From Curvularia clavata (Eukaryota), in contig CP089274.1 of assembly GCA_023920165.1 (NCBI GenBank), positions 5,084,001 through 5,148,000 of the forward strand: a DNA stretch of 64,000 bases, given 5' to 3'. Under the pieces are notes generated by a model, which saw only the letters and a list, made by a program, of their open reading frames with translations, did not search any database and had not been told where the DNA came from. A program made the position numbers and the translations under genes. This document shows positions 1 through 13,788 of the stretch, piece after piece (positions within the stretch are counted from its first letter, which is position 1; the number at the start of each line of letters is the position of its first letter).

Positions 1-1088
1 TCCCAGTATTTTCTCTCCTCCCATCCCTCTCCACTACATCAATCTCATCCTATCGTACACGAATACCAAAACATGTTAAAAAAAAAGGACCTCAAACAAC
101 GCTACGACCACGCCGCCTACGTCACGACTCCACCACGAACTTCTTTGAACTCCGCTCCGCTCTATTGTACTGCACTCCACTCCAGTCTACTGTGCTTCAG
201 ATGAGTGCTCTAGAAAAAGACCCAAGGGAGGTTTTCTAGGCACCCATTCAAGCCTGAACTTGTACTGTAACGTATAGCGCAGAGATGTCGTATTGGATAT
301 CCAAGACACTGACTTGTTGCGTTGCGTCGTCTCGTGTGTGTATATGAGTGTGTGAGTGGAGACACACCATGTGACGTATTTGCATAACCGCCGTGCCTTT
401 CTTCTCTACAGAGGTTTCGAGCCAGATGCAATCCTATGGTGCTAGTACTGGCACTATTACGCGGCGTCCTAGCGGTGGCGTAGCTGTGTCCTATCTACTC
501 AGGAGGGTAGGTCAGGTGTGTATTTTTTCGCTCTTTCTTGGCGGTGCAACGAGGCGGGAAAATGTGGCTTGAGGATGAGAACGTGACGGTTCGGTTTTGT
601 GGGCACGGAGTTGGGTTGGGGGCGTTGGTGGCGTAGTCGGACTTGCTCGGGGCAGCGAGAGTGTTGGTGGTACGGCGGGGTGGGTGGAGGGTGGAGGGGC
701 TGGGATAGACGAGAGTTATGCGGGTGAGGTGGTGGAGGCGGTGGAGGCGGTGGGCAGTATGATGGGGGGCGGAAAGAAGGTCATGCTTGGAAAGGGAGGG
801 AGTAGAAAGGGTAGGTAGAGGGAGTGTTGGAATGGATTCGTGGCGTGAGAGGGATAAGGCTGGAACGGAGAGTCTGATGCTACTGCTTGGGGAGACAACG
901 AATAGTAAATAAATACAATTGAAGAGACGACGATTGTACATAAGTATTCTGTGTTGCTAGGCATGCCACGACTAGAGACATGTCTAGCAAGTGACGAAGA
1001 ACAGCCATAAGCATCACCCAGACATTACATTTCTCCCCATTTCCCGTAGAATAGGCATATATAAAAAACATTTCCCAACCCACCCAAC

Positions 1089-2932
1089 TCATATAACATC
1101 CATGTGCATCTCACACGGACTCCCTTCCAATCGGTCTTTCCTTCTCTCTGCTCTAAAGCCCTCCTCTAAATCCAAACCCACAACTGTCGCCGGCCACTCG
1201 ATCAGGCCCCAGTTCTCACGACCAAGCGCCATCGCAACGGCTGTGACAATGTCTGCACCCAGCCCTTCCAGCCACCACACATTCCTCACTCTACCCGGCA
1301 GAATAGCGTAGTGTGCCAGAATGACTAGCGCATGTGCGTTCTTCGACTCGACGAGGCCGATAAATTCCCGCGGTATGCGCGTCGCCCAAACAAAGATTGC
1401 GCCGCGATCTGTAAGCGTAGAAATGGTGCTGTCGTCGATGGAGTAGGGAACGGCAGACATGGGAGGAAAGCGTTCGGGCAGCGTTAATTGACTGATCAAA
1501 CCGAAGCTTTGGCGGAGGTAGAGGAGTGCCTGGGAAAGGTAGACGGAGTGCGGCTCTAGGGGATCCTCGCTTTCCATCCATAACTTCTCAATCTCTTGCA
1601 GTCGTTCGTCTTCTAGGACTGCTCGCGGTGTGGCGGAAACATTGTATTCTGGCCACCATTCGCGTGAGGTTATAGGCTGCATCTTGCTTCCTAATACCCA
1701 GCTCCATCCGGATAGAAGGACGGTGAGAGGGCCGCGGAGACCCCATATTGTACGCAGTGCACATGATAGTATCTTGTCGACTATCTCTGGTGATGGTGTA
1801 GCTGTGTTTGGAGGAATCGAAGCGAGGAGATCTTCAATGTCAATGGCTGATGTGCGGAACAGGTACACAGCAGTGAAGGTCGAACTAGCAAAGAGCGCCG
1901 CAGCATTCCTCTCTGTGACATTTTCCAACTCCACTCTGTATCTTGTCAAGGCTTTATTCATTCGGGCAGCTGCGAGAGTGTTCATCTTCTTTTTCGCCTC
2001 CTGATTTTCGTGAAGCCGGGCGAGATGCAACGAAGCAACTGATAGCACACAGTTTGTGAGAAAGTCATGGCTCTGCGCCATCTCGGGGATATAAATCTGC
2101 CATGCTGTTTTTGCTAGATCGTTATTCGCGAGTGTAAGGGAAGTGGTGAATTCATAGTGGCACAGGACTTCCTGCAGTTGTGGCGGGAGCAGCTCCCGAA
2201 TGTCTTTCCAGGCATCGTATGGACGAATGGAGGGCGGTATGCTGACCTCGAAGAAGGAAGTAGGTGATGAAGAGTATTGTATCGGGATGGTCGAAAGGTC
2301 AAGGAATGAATCGTCTAATATTTCTTCATTTTGACGATGTAATTGTGTCGCCAGGGCTACTTCATTACTGAAAGCCACCAGGTTTGTCGGCGAGTGTATG
2401 GGCGTTGGTTGAGACTTTGGTGTCTCAGGCCCTGGTGATGGCGACACACTTTGCTGTTGCGTAGGGCTGGGTGATGTCGAGCTCGTTAGCAGACGCGAGG
2501 ACGGTGCAAGTGCCAAGAAGCTACACTTTTCGCCCTTTTTTTCGCAATTCGCACATGACGGATGCTTGACATCACACTAGCAGGCTGGTTAGTATACGGA
2601 AGTTGGTATACAGTGGCTTTCCTTGTGACAATCTTCTCATAGCATACTGTTATTTATGTGTTGGTTGCTTGCAAGTTTCCGAAACAGCAGACCTAACAAG
2701 TGTCCAAGGCTTTTCTCTTTTCGTTGCGGTGGTTCGACTAGAGATTCCAATCTTGTTATGGCGCTGGGAGGACACCCGCTACAAGGGGTATAGCACGAGT
2801 ACATGGTCTAGCGTGCCTGAGCACACTGGCTTTCCACCGGGGCCACGGTAAACGGATACTTACTTTAATTCTTCTCCTCTTGCACTGGTGGCATCCTAGC
2901 CTTGTCTTGTGATGTGCTCTCCTTGTCGCCAT
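1089..2932 (-). CDS. Zn(II)2Cys6 transcription factor, UPC2/sterol-uptake-control-like
   Basis: ATG at 2932 gives MATRRAHHKTRLGCHQCKRRRIK. An intron (2863-2577, GTAAGT..CTAG) follows, then CDVKHPSCANCEKKGEKC completes the 6-Cys cluster and runs into the 475-aa ORF with a fungal TF domain (HDFLTNCVLSVASLHL). Confidence 0.85.
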
Positions 2933-3478
2933 CTGGTCCTGCTGTGCGACCGAACGGCTATACGGGGAATACGGTGGTCGACGACCCGTGAAAACCACTT
3001 CCGTTGTTCAGACGCCAGGGTGTATGCAGACGCGTTGAGGTCGCAGGTGGTGTGATGTTACTAGAGTATACTAATGCTTACGCTGTTGAAGCATAAAAGC
3101 GAGGATGTTGAATTCGTGGAGAGAGGTGTGTCGTAAGTGTGCAGCTGTGAAGTTCCCACACGCGGTTTGAAGCTAGCCTCAGTGGGCAAATTTCGTACTG
3201 CGCATCGTCTGATTGGCGCGGGGAAACGACATGAGGCGCGCTACTCCGGACGAAGTTGCGGCTGACGCACCGTCAAATGGTCTCGTTGCCTCTCTCAAAC
3301 ATGTGATGCTGGACGTGTTTGCATTATCTAGTTTTTGTTTCTATTCTCGCTTTGGTTACGGCAGCTGAACGCCATGCAGATGCATACGCCTCTACCAAAC
3401 TTTGCTATCATGCACAACACATCATCCTAGCAGCCCGCTAGCTTTCCTTGAGGCAGTAATCACCAAAGAGTTTGCAGC

Positions 3479-6134
3479 TCAGTTCTTAAAAATAGTAGCT
3501 GCACTCCAGCGACCAGCAGCCTTCGCCCTGTAGTCGTCCTTGACCCCTTGTTCGCTCTTCCACTCGCTCAGCAATGACAGTCCAGCTTTCGCTTCTTCAA
3601 TCGTAATAGTTGGGAGATCCAATGTTTTCAGCAGGTCCTCTTCGTTCTGAGACTTGGAGCTATTTTCGAGAATGTAGCGGACGTTGTATCCGGATTGGAG
3701 ATGCAATGCACTCTCTGAGTGCTTCTTCAGGAACTCGTCGTTGTAAGCCTTGAGGTCTGCATCAGCAGGGGGTGTAGTGAAGGTCTCCTTGACGACATCT
3801 GATGCTTGAGCCGACAGAGGCTCTGCAGGTTTGCTGACTGCTGCATGTTAGCAACACACTGCATAGTGGTAACCTTATGTGACGTACTGGCTTGACGGAA
3901 GCGTATGCTCTGTTCATGTAGCTTCGGGTTCTCGGGGTCGATCTCCCGTGCTGCTTGCAAACACTTGAGGGCGAGGAGGTACTTATCTTGCAGGTTGTTA
4001 GCAAACTGTGACGAAACACGCAACAATCATCGCATACTTCTTCGGATGTAGACCTCGAAGCCCACATTCTGAGCCTTGATGTTCTTTGGAGCCAACTCGA
4101 GCATGGGCTGCAGGAATCGTAGGGCATCTTCCAGGGGTTGCTTGGTCTGAAGCAGTTTCTCGCCGTTTGGATCACTGTCCTCCTTCTTGGTCTCGCCATC
4201 GTCACCCTTGGCTGTTGCCTTCGCCGCGGCAGCTGCTTTCCGTTCTGCCTCGGCCTTTTCAGCCTTTTCTCTCTCCTTCTTTGCCTTCTTCTCAGCCTTC
4301 TTGCGCTCCGTAGGGTCCAGCTTCTCAAGTTCAGGGTCATCCGGATTTGTCATCTTTGGGTTGTCTGCCAGCTTGACGTACAGTTCGACTGCTTGAGTAG
4401 CTGCTCTGGTGAAGAAGGGGTGATCGCGCAGATGGTCTTCCCATCTGACCATATCAATGTAGGCACGGATCTGTCCCTTCCGCAATGAGAAGCTATGGAA
4501 GTCGAACTGGTCCTCATGCCAAACATCAAAGATGTCAGCGATAGCAGTGAAGCGCTTCAGTGCGAGGCCGTACTTTTCCTGTCGCAGATATGCCTCTCCG
4601 TCTTCAAGCAGATACCACATACACTGCATATCGTGGAGATCACCGAGCGGCCCGCCCACAGCCTCGTTGCGGGTGAACTTGCTCATCGTCTTGAGCGCAT
4701 TTTCGTTCTCGTTGTTCCGTAACTGATACTTGGCGCACTTGGTATTGATATACCGGTCCCTTTCGTCCAGCTCCCTTGCGTGGTTCATCATCTCCGATGC
4801 CTTCTGGATGTCGCCCATGTGCTTGTAAATCCGAGCCTTAGTCTGGTTATAGTCAGTCGATTTTGGATTCATCTCAATCAGTTCGTCAATGTATTCCATG
4901 GCTTTTTCGAGGTCGCGGCTTAGGATGTAATCGTAATGCTGGGCGAGGAAGTATAACACCGACTGTTCGAAACGATTGGATGTATCACCATTGCTCTCGC
5001 TGTCGGCAGAGCCATTTGCCTTCTTTTCAGATGCATAACCAAGTACGAGTTCCTCAATGATTGCTTTCTTCTCTTCGTCCCGATAGAGCGCCTTGATGTT
5101 CGGGAAGGTCGAGGGCACACCCTTGTTCAGCATTCGACGGAGGTACTGGTCGGCCTGTGTCTTGAAAGCCTCGCCCCGAAGGAAATCCAGCGGTATCCGC
5201 CTTGCAGCGTCGTTGCGCTCGTTCTTGTCGGCATAGGATTGGTACAGCTCGTTTATCTTCTCAATATCGGCATCGTTTGAACGGTCCAGGCCCAATGACT
5301 TCTCTAGCCCATCGAAGTATGCGCGGTATTCGCTGTTCCTGTTCAGCAAAATCCGGTATGCCTTTTCAGCCTCTTCCATGCGCCCGAGCTCAAGCAGGTA
5401 TTTCGCCTTCAGCTCCAATGCAGCGCGTCGATCGAGACTAACCCTGACAACCTCTTCTAGGTGATTCAGGGCACGCTCCACATCGCCCGACTCATAGATT
5501 ATCATATTCTTGTACAGGGTCGCTTCGGAGTGCTCGAGGTCGGCCTTGGGCGGGGGCTGCTTCAGCGTCTCTTCATAGGTCTTGAGGATGTTCTCTGCCT
5601 CAGCGTAGTTGCCTGCCAGGTGGTGGGCTATGGCCAAAGCGGTCCAATTCTGGCGCAGTTGTGGCCGCTCTTGCATCATCTTGCGCCGGCTCTCAATGTA
5701 TCCCTCGTAGTCTCGGACTTGGCATTGAAGGAGGGCGAGGTCGCGGAGGATGTTCAGGGAGCCTGGTTCTAACCGCAGAGCCATCTTGTACGACTTGATG
5801 GCCTCTGGGTAGTTCTTGACGGAGCGCCACAATAAACCATAAACATGCCAGCAGATGTGTGACTTCATGTCGTTGCGGAGGGCCTCCTTGCAGAGGGCGA
5901 ACGCCTCATCTCCCTGGTTTATGGAATTGAGGATCAGGGCTTTCATAGCCTGGGTATCGCCATGGGTGGGGTGCTTCTTCAAGATCTGTTCGGCAGCTTT
6001 GAGGCCTGGCGGGGTCAGCAGTGTTGTGCATTGTCCCTGCACTGGAGCCTACCCTTCTTGTACTGCTTGCTCTCGTAGTACTTGACAAGCGAGCGGAAGA
6101 GCGTCTGCTCCTTGCTGGGCAATGGTTGCGGCAT
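3479..6134 (-). CDS. NAT1: N-terminal acetyltransferase A auxiliary subunit (Nat1/Naa15)
   Basis: MPQPLPSKEQTLFRSLVKYYESKQYKKG spliced to the 671-aa TPR-rich ORF (SHICWHVYGLLWR, DRYINTKCAKYQLRN, EDQFDFHSFSLRKG), plus 3' exons ending at TGA 3479. Confidence 0.95.
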
Positions 6135-6570
6135 AGTGACGGCTGTGTATGGTGTGCGCAGAGCGTGGAGAGGCCACCTGCGAGGAGCGTCCGTTTAGAA
6201 TTAAGCAGTCGTTCGACCTCGCGACCAGGCTGAGGGGGGTTGGGATGGGAGTCGGAGATGTTTAATTGACACAATGTGTCATTGCGACAAGATCCCTTCG
6301 GCAAGGAACTGTGGCACTGGCGGCTGGAATGCGCTACGTTACAATGTGGGGAGCTCTGAAATTCAATGTCCGAGTGCTTATGACCGCTAGCGCACCGCGA
6401 CCTGGAACTGCACGTGCGCACCTTTACACCCCGCTTATGGGGTTTTGGCACAGATATTTTGATGAGCATCTTCAAGCCTTGCCAATTTGTAATAACTCAG
6501 AGTCTAACGCGTCTTCCACTATCTTACAGTCGAATAAAATCAAGAAACATCCAAACATGCTGTATTCGCC

Positions 6571-8070
6571 TCATTTTGACAAGCGCCCTGATCGTCGCTT
6601 CCCCGTTGTGTCTTCACTCTTCTCGTCTTTGGCGGAAGCCTTGCTCTGTTTCGCTGTGCCATTAGCAGCTGTCTTAGGCTTCTTTGCCGGCTGCTTTTCT
6701 TCCACAACTTCATCACTAACCTCCCCTCCAGACTCCTCCTTGATTTCTTCTTTGACCTTCTTGCTCCCACGCTTTGGTCTTGCCGGCGATTTTTCTTCAG
6801 CAGCATCTTTTATCTCTTCTCTCACCCCCTTGGCCTGTTTAGCGCCAGCCCGTGACTTGGCAGGTGCCTTCTCTTCAGCCTCTTCTTCTTCTTCTTCTTC
6901 TTTGACATCCTGAGCCTTCCTCTTGTTGCCCTTCTTAGGCTTCGCGTCCTCTTCAGCGTCTTCGGCCTCTGCATCAGAAATATCGCCAGCAACTGCTGCC
7001 GTCTTCTTCTGAACGCTTGGCACGATAGCAGAAGTCCGTCCACCGACCTTGAGAAACGTGATCTTCTCACCAGTCGGTAGTTTGCTTGCCTCTTTCTTTC
7101 CTTTTCCCCAACGATGGTTCATGAGCCAATCCTTGGGAAGGCTCTCGGAGTCTCCATTGACTGCCACAGCGGTGTCGCAAACATACATCATCGCATCATG
7201 CAGTCGCTTCACCTGCTCATCGCTGAAAGTGTTGCTGTATTGCTCGGGGTGCAATTTGGCTTGGTACATAATCTCGTCACTGACAGTGTTAGTGTCGCTT
7301 CAAGTTTAGCCTTCAACTAACATACCCAACCCAGTTTCCTATACCCGAGATGTTGGCTGTGCAAAGTCAGCTGACGCGATATTTCAAAGAACTGACAAGG
7401 AGCTGCGAACCTTGATCCAACAGCAGAGCCTTCACAGGCACTCTCTTGCTCTTCAGCTTCTTGTTTAGCCACTCTACGGTTAGAATGTCCTTGTCGATGA
7501 CGGGATCCGGGCCATTTTCTTTGAGTGGACTTGTCTTTCTCATATTCTCTGCGGCAGCGTCTACGAGCCTAATACGAGCCAGCCGTCGTGCATCCACAAA
7601 GGCCACCTCGTTCTTCGGCTCTTCTTGTAACGTCAAGATGAACTTCCAATATTTTGGCGGCCACTCTGCTTCTCCAGCCTTGGATGGACGGTAGTAGGCT
7701 GTCTCGTCATTGCTGAACTTCATCCAGCCAGACATGCCAAAATGCATCAGTGGATGTGGTGCCTTATCCATGACTAGCCAGAAGTATTTGCCCTGCTGGC
7801 GCGCATCCAGAATCTTCCTGCCGGACATGGCTTTTTCAAAGGCAGCTGCAGAGGTTCCAACCTTTCCGTAGACAATCTGGATGGAGCCGTTAGATGACTT
7901 CTTATACACAGGACACGAGGCGCACATTGTCTTCCTGGGTTTCCACCGATTGTATAGTCTTTCCGACAGCATGTTTCTTCAAGAAGTGCACGATGCGTGC
8001 CACTTCTGCAATCTGATCAGTGTCAGCTACCGTCGTGTACGCGCAACTGACGCGTCCCTACCTCGGGCAT
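6571..8070 (-). CDS. Formamidopyrimidine-DNA glycosylase (Fpg/Nei family) with a K/E-rich C-terminal tail
   Basis: N-terminal MPE (catalytic Pro-Glu) is spliced to IAEVARIVHFL. Motifs QQGKYFW, MHFGMSG, FVDARRLARI and KALLLDQ..ISGIGNW (H2TH) are present; multi-exon. Confidence 0.9.
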
Positions 8071-8553
8071 CCTGACAGATGGACAGAGTGCTTTTGTACT
8101 GGTAGGTAGATTACGGTGAGAGACACAGCGACACGGACGCAACGCGTACACAATGAATACCTAGAACGTAGCCGTGGGTTAGGTTGGATAGCTCCGGAAT
8201 GGAGAGGGTAAGGGCTTAGCGCCACACGCGAAGGCGCGTCCTCACGGGACAAGCGTTGCACAACGTCATCACATCAGTCCCGAATCGTATTGCCGCGAAG
8301 ATTGCACTGTTGCTTTCGCCGCCTGCACTTTCCATTCAGCTTTCCTGGCAATCACAATTGCGAGGTCGATAGTCCCATCTCCAAGGGACTAAGGATGGAC
8401 TTGCCTTTCTAGGCTGCCCCGCAATGCCGTTGGCACCATGCCACTGTCCGACGATAACGCGTTTTACATAATTATCCGCGATACACGCCGGTTGAGAAGT
8501 ATTTGAACTCAATGGCTGCCGTTTAGTCTCGAGTGTGTTACACAGTGCTCATC

Positions 8554-9860
8554 ATGCGGTGGAACTGGACTACTCTGTTTGCCTGTATAGCCCATGTCTC
8601 CGCACATGGAGCCCACCATGCTGGAGAGGACTCGTTCTCTCAGGAACGGCTAGATGAGCTCGAGAAGAAGTGGGGTACAGATGTGAGTCCTGCCTAGAGC
8701 AATGCTCGGATACAGCTGATTGTTGTTTAGTGGGGCTTCTCTGGTATTTCGACCTTTGCTCATTTACCCCACACACGCTGCTTGACACATCCTGAGACTA
8801 CATACGATATTGCTATCCTCGGTGCACCCTTTGATACGGCAGTGTCATACCGACCCGGTGCTCGATTTGGGCCTCGAGCTATCCGCGCTGGCTCGGCGCG
8901 CCAGACCTCTTTCCGAGGCTTCAACCCACGCGCAGGCTTGAATCCATATACGTCGTGGGCAAAGGTCGTGGACTGCGGAGATATTCCCATCACGCCTTTC
9001 GACAATGCGCTGGCGCTGCGGCAGATGAGCGAGGCTTTTGACGAGCTAGCGAATCGACCAGCGACCGAGAAGAGCACCGCGAGTGGAGTGCAGTATTTTA
9101 AGAAGCCAAAGTTACTTACGCTTGGCGGAGATCACAGTATTGCCTTGCCAGCGCTGAGAGCATTGAAGAAGGCGTACAAGCAACCAATTGCGGTGGTGCA
9201 CTTTGATGCCCACCTCGACACTTGGCACCCAGGTTAGTCATTGCCCTCCATATGAACTCAGGAGCGTTAAGTTGACATTATTTAGCGAAATACCCCAGCG
9301 CATGGATAGATGCAGACGACTTATCCACACAATCCTTCTTTAACCATGGAAGCATGTTTTGGTATGCGTCGACAGAGGGCTTGATCGCAAACGGCTCGAG
9401 TGTGCATGCAGGATTGAGGACGCGGCTTTCAGGCGATGACGATGCCGACCACGTCGATGACTCGAAGCAAGGCTGGCATCGCATCTCCACAGACGATATC
9501 GATGAGATTGGAGTAAAGGGAGTCATTGCATCCATCATGGACCGTGTTGGCACCGAGATGCCCGTCTATCTCAGCATCGATATCGACGTCATCGACCCCG
9601 GGATGGCCCCAGGTACCGGTACACCAGAGCCTGGCGGCTGGAGCACTCGCGAGGTTCTTCGGATTCTACGAGGCATTCAGGACATGAACGTGGTTGGTGC
9701 GGACATTGTCGAAGTCAGCCCCGCATATGATGGCTCGGCAGAGACGACGGGCATGGTTGCAGCGCAGGTTGCTTATGAAGTGTTGACGAGCATGGTGCAC
9801 AAAGGTCTTGTTGAACAGGCAAGGACAAAAGCAGGTTCCCAGGAGAAGGATGAGTTGTGA
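8554..9860 (+). CDS. Agmatinase/guanidinobutyrase (arginase family) with an N-terminal signal-like peptide
   Basis: [18 protein letters not shown] start; motifs [46 protein letters not shown] and DIVEVSP; introns near 8683-8729 and 9233-9284. Confidence 0.92.
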
Positions 9861-11579
9861 GCTCGCCCGTGTTTGAATGGTAGTAGAGAAGATCTAGCGT
9901 CCGATTCGCCAGGCAAGCGAGGCTGCCGCACCTACTCGAATGTCATGTCATGGATTGGAGAAGCGAATGTATTCTACTCTCGCAGCACATACGGAGAATA
10001 ATCTCTTTCTGTTGGAAAGCACTTGAATAAGCAAGTGCAATACAACCCACACTCTGGGAGTCGCTGAGCCCACAAGCAAGATATCCCCGTAGATCTGACA
10101 GCCTGCCTGGCGTTTGCCATTGCACCACTATGAAGTGATAGCATCATGTATTCGTCACAGGCGCAGAGGCCACAGAAAAGAAGTTGAGTGATCGAACGAA
10201 TGTATGTTGCAACAACATTTTGGTGAGGGAGCCAGTAGGCTCGGATTGCCCGTTACATGGTGAGGCCCAAGGTGTCAAATCCGAATGGGCAGAGCCATGA
10301 TTGTCCGCCATAAGAAAAAATGTGAGCGCAGAAGGAAATACGGACGCTGGTTGTTCATGCCGAGCTGGAAGGGCGCGAACGTTGGCATACGCGTACACTG
10401 CTTCGCGAGCAATTCCAAGCACCAAAAGCGCCTCAACTACACTATCAATCGAGTCTTCTGTCTCTTTTGATCCGTTCAATCACTTGGAAAGAAAATGCCC
10501 CTACCACAATAGTGCAGCCGCTCCCTTGCACTGGTAAAAACGCACTTTACTGGTTCCAAAATGAGATATAGGTGCTACTCCATATCGCGAAGGGCTTTAT
10601 GACAGTTATATGATTCTTCAACATGTATTGGATGCTGTTTATAGTCGTTTTGGCTGTGGGCTATGTTATCGTTCGTAGGGTAGTTTTTTATCAGACTTTT
10701 TCACCGCATCCAGAAACTAGTCAAATCACGGTGCATCCTGGAGATCTTGAGCAGTTCTCTTGGAAGATTGTGCTTAATGCAATAAATTCTAGTGTTTTTG
10801 CGAACCTCAAGCAAGTCTGGCAAGTTTATATTAGATGGCCGAAGATGTATAAAACCCAGCTCTTTTCCTGTCGAGACTCCTCACCTCCATCACCTCGCAG
10901 ACTCTAGTCCTAACAGTCTACTCCACGCAGTACATCAGGATCTCTGTACCACACACACACATGCACAATGCGTTTCAAGGCATTTCCCTCGCACTCATTT
11001 CCATGGTTTCTCTACCAGCTCCTGCTCTGCAAATGAAGAAAAGGTAGCGGCAGAGATCGTCATTGCGGTGTCCTGAATGCGCTGGTAGATTGTGTGTAGC
11101 CGAGAAACAGTGCTTACTAGATTGTAGGTTGGAAGAAAGTGTGAAGAAGATCGAGAGATGATTCTCTCCTGCCAATCCCAACAGCTACTCGATCTCTTAT
11201 ATAATCTCGGACACCTTAGCCCCTCTTCTCCTCAGGGGGCTCAGTTTTATTATCGCGCCACGCGTACTTCTCCTGCAATACTGTAAGTAGCTAATTACCT
11301 GCATAGCGCTGCCAGCTAAAATTGCCACAGACTGCGACCAGTTTTATTCCATTTTGTGTAAGCTTGCCAAGCTATACGAAGTTAAATAAAGATAAATCCC
11401 CGAGCAAGCTACTGCCACCCATCCTGTATGAAACACTGCTTCAACACAACTACAAGAGACTCGGCGTGTCAGCGAATCACAACAGTGCGGCTATTGAGGC
11501 TATTGAGACTATGCCGCGCGCCGTCGAGGAAACGGACGTGACGACGTGTCTTGCTGCCCAACCTCATGGCTACCGACTT

Positions 11580-13739
11580 TCACATTATCTCTTCTATCAC
11601 TGCTTGCAAATCTCGTCGGGCAGACCGCACTACCTTTGAGCTGTCTGGCAGCTTTTCAAGAGCCGCGACTAAAATTGACGACAAATGAACGAAAGCGCCC
11701 TCGCTCAACGCTGCCTTTTGACGTCTTTGCAGAATGATCTCGCACAATAGTTGTGTGAGCGTTACCAGGTGGTGCGGAAACATGTACAGGCCTACAAATG
11801 CTATGTCCATAGGCTCAGCAGGTATCGGAGACGTGCCATCCGGAGCAAAGTTTTGACCGCACTTCAGAACGTGGAACGCGTTCTCCGTGCCGAATTTAAG
11901 GATAGCAAACGCCTCGTGCTCCACCTCTTCTTGCACTTCGACAAGTTGCTGCACAAAGTCAGAGCGTCTCGCTACTTCGAGCATCTCAAGAAGAACCATC
12001 ACTCCCACACAATGGTTCAGGCCTGTCTCAAACCATCCAAATCGATTTTCTTGGCTTAGAAAGTGGATGTGTTTCTCACACAAAGTGAGTAGTGGCCGGA
12101 TCGATTTTCGAAATAGCGTCAATGACTCAAGAAGCGGCCCCCAAACCCAGAGCACCATTTCTTCATCCGCTCCTTCTCGCAGGGCCTCCTTCAAGGATGT
12201 GACAATCTTCCAGGTATAAATGTTGCAAACGGATGCTGCCCCAATAACTCGCGAGGCAGAGTCATCGTCTACTTTGAAACCGTCTGCCAACCAAATCTTG
12301 GTAGCAGGCAGGAAGGAGCCAAAAAGAAACGCTCTCGTCAACCGCCATGCAGACTCTGCACAGGCACCGTTCAGCCCTGATGTCAGCGATGTGCGCATGT
12401 CACTGCTCAGCGCATCTACAACATCCCAAGCTACGGCGGCCCAGTATGCTCTATTCTCGACACCTACAACCACTTGAGTCAGGCTCGGGGAGAATTTCCG
12501 TACTACATGACCAATAAGCTCAAGTTGTTCGAGCGAACAAAGATAGCCCACCTGGATTACACTGCTGCCGGAGCTTCTGGACGTGCATCAGAGCTGTATG
12601 CATACATATTGGCGCGCTTAGGCCGTCTAATTCTTCCTCTTCGCCTACACCTACCGGCACAGGTGTGTGCGCGAAGAGACATAATGCAAGAACCGACCGA
12701 TACGATACTCGATTTAGCAGCATAAGCATATCAGACCTCGAAGATCGCCAACAACTGGTCGTCAGTGCCTCAAAGTCGAGTGTTGAAGAATTCAGCGGTA
12801 GCCAACGAGCGGTGAAAGCTAAGATTGCCCGATCCAGACACCGTTCGATCAAATCATCTGTCGCTAGTGATACAAGATCAGATTGGGGTATACCCAATGA
12901 TAGTTGTGTTCGTGTGTCTTTGCATGTCTTGGCGTCAAGCGTCCGGACTAATGTGGACACGGGGACAACGATGTCGCTGTGTGGGTCATCTCTGTTCGGC
13001 TTGAGTTCATTTCATAGTCTTATATAAAAGCTCATTCAACCTACACGAACGGACAACCATATCGGCCAAGGAGTGTCCCAAATGTCATTTCGAAACCTTG
13101 ACAAAACACTTTCTTTGCCAAAAGCATCAGCAGGTCTTCTGGGTACTGCGAAAGCGGGGATTGACCCTCGGAACGGTGTGCGGTTCCGGTTTTGGCACCT
13201 GAACCCGTTAACAAAGAGCTGCTCGGACGTGTCTCGCTGGACCCAGTAGTACGCGGGGTACTTTGCGTGTCGGCAGACTCGTATTCTCTTCGTCCATTTC
13301 GACCGTGACTCTTCTTTGTCAGATTTGCATGTGCTGGAGAGCTTGTATGCGCTTCAGCAGAATGTTCATCTTCCAATGTTTCCGCTTGTGTAGACTCGCT
13401 TTCGGTTTGTGACAGAGAAAAAGCTCGTGCCTTTCTATGCTTCATCCACTGTAATGCTTAAGCAACTCCACCTTACTACATTTGAGCCACAACAGCATTT
13501 TTAGGATACTTCAAGTAGAATCGAGAAGCAGCACAATTATGTTGTTTCGAAAAAACATTAGAGAGACTCACTTCGAAGGTACAGCTCTCTTTCCTTCGGC
13601 GACACCTGGAGCACGAGTCACTCGAGCCTTGTCCATGTGGTCTGCTTCCACCCTTGGATGCGTCGCAGGCTACGCGTGAAAGGCGACAGGCATCGCAACT
13701 GGAGAATTGTGTTCGTTTCGGAGCCGGCTGTCGAGACAT
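11580..13739 (-). CDS. Zn(II)2Cys6 transcription factor, AlcR-like
   Basis: SCDACRLSRVACD-(long loop)-CSRCRRRKESCTFE|W cluster with the extended C3-C4 loop typical of AlcR; motifs AILAFTARW and ENRAYWAA. Three introns; the last (about 49 nt, GTGGGC..TGTAG near 12551-12503) joins the 146-aa and 323-aa ORFs in frame. Confidence 0.8.
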
Positions 13740-13788
13740 CTTCTGTGCTTCATTGGGGGATAAGTTGAAAGAAACAAGGACATTGATC

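Noticed and set aside
210..1090. ORFs in GA/GT-rich low-complexity sequence, and the many antisense ORFs overlapping real genes across the window
   Set aside because: Compositional artefacts or shadows of genes on the opposite strand.
10144..11500. Short ORFs and a protein-like minus-strand relic (YAWRDNKTEPPEEKRG*..)
   Set aside because: Stops are present, with no recognisable family and no consistent gene model.
12500..12560. Apparent frameshift in the AlcR-like gene
   Set aside because: A ~49-nt GT..AG intron restores the frame (NP-V-RKFSP).
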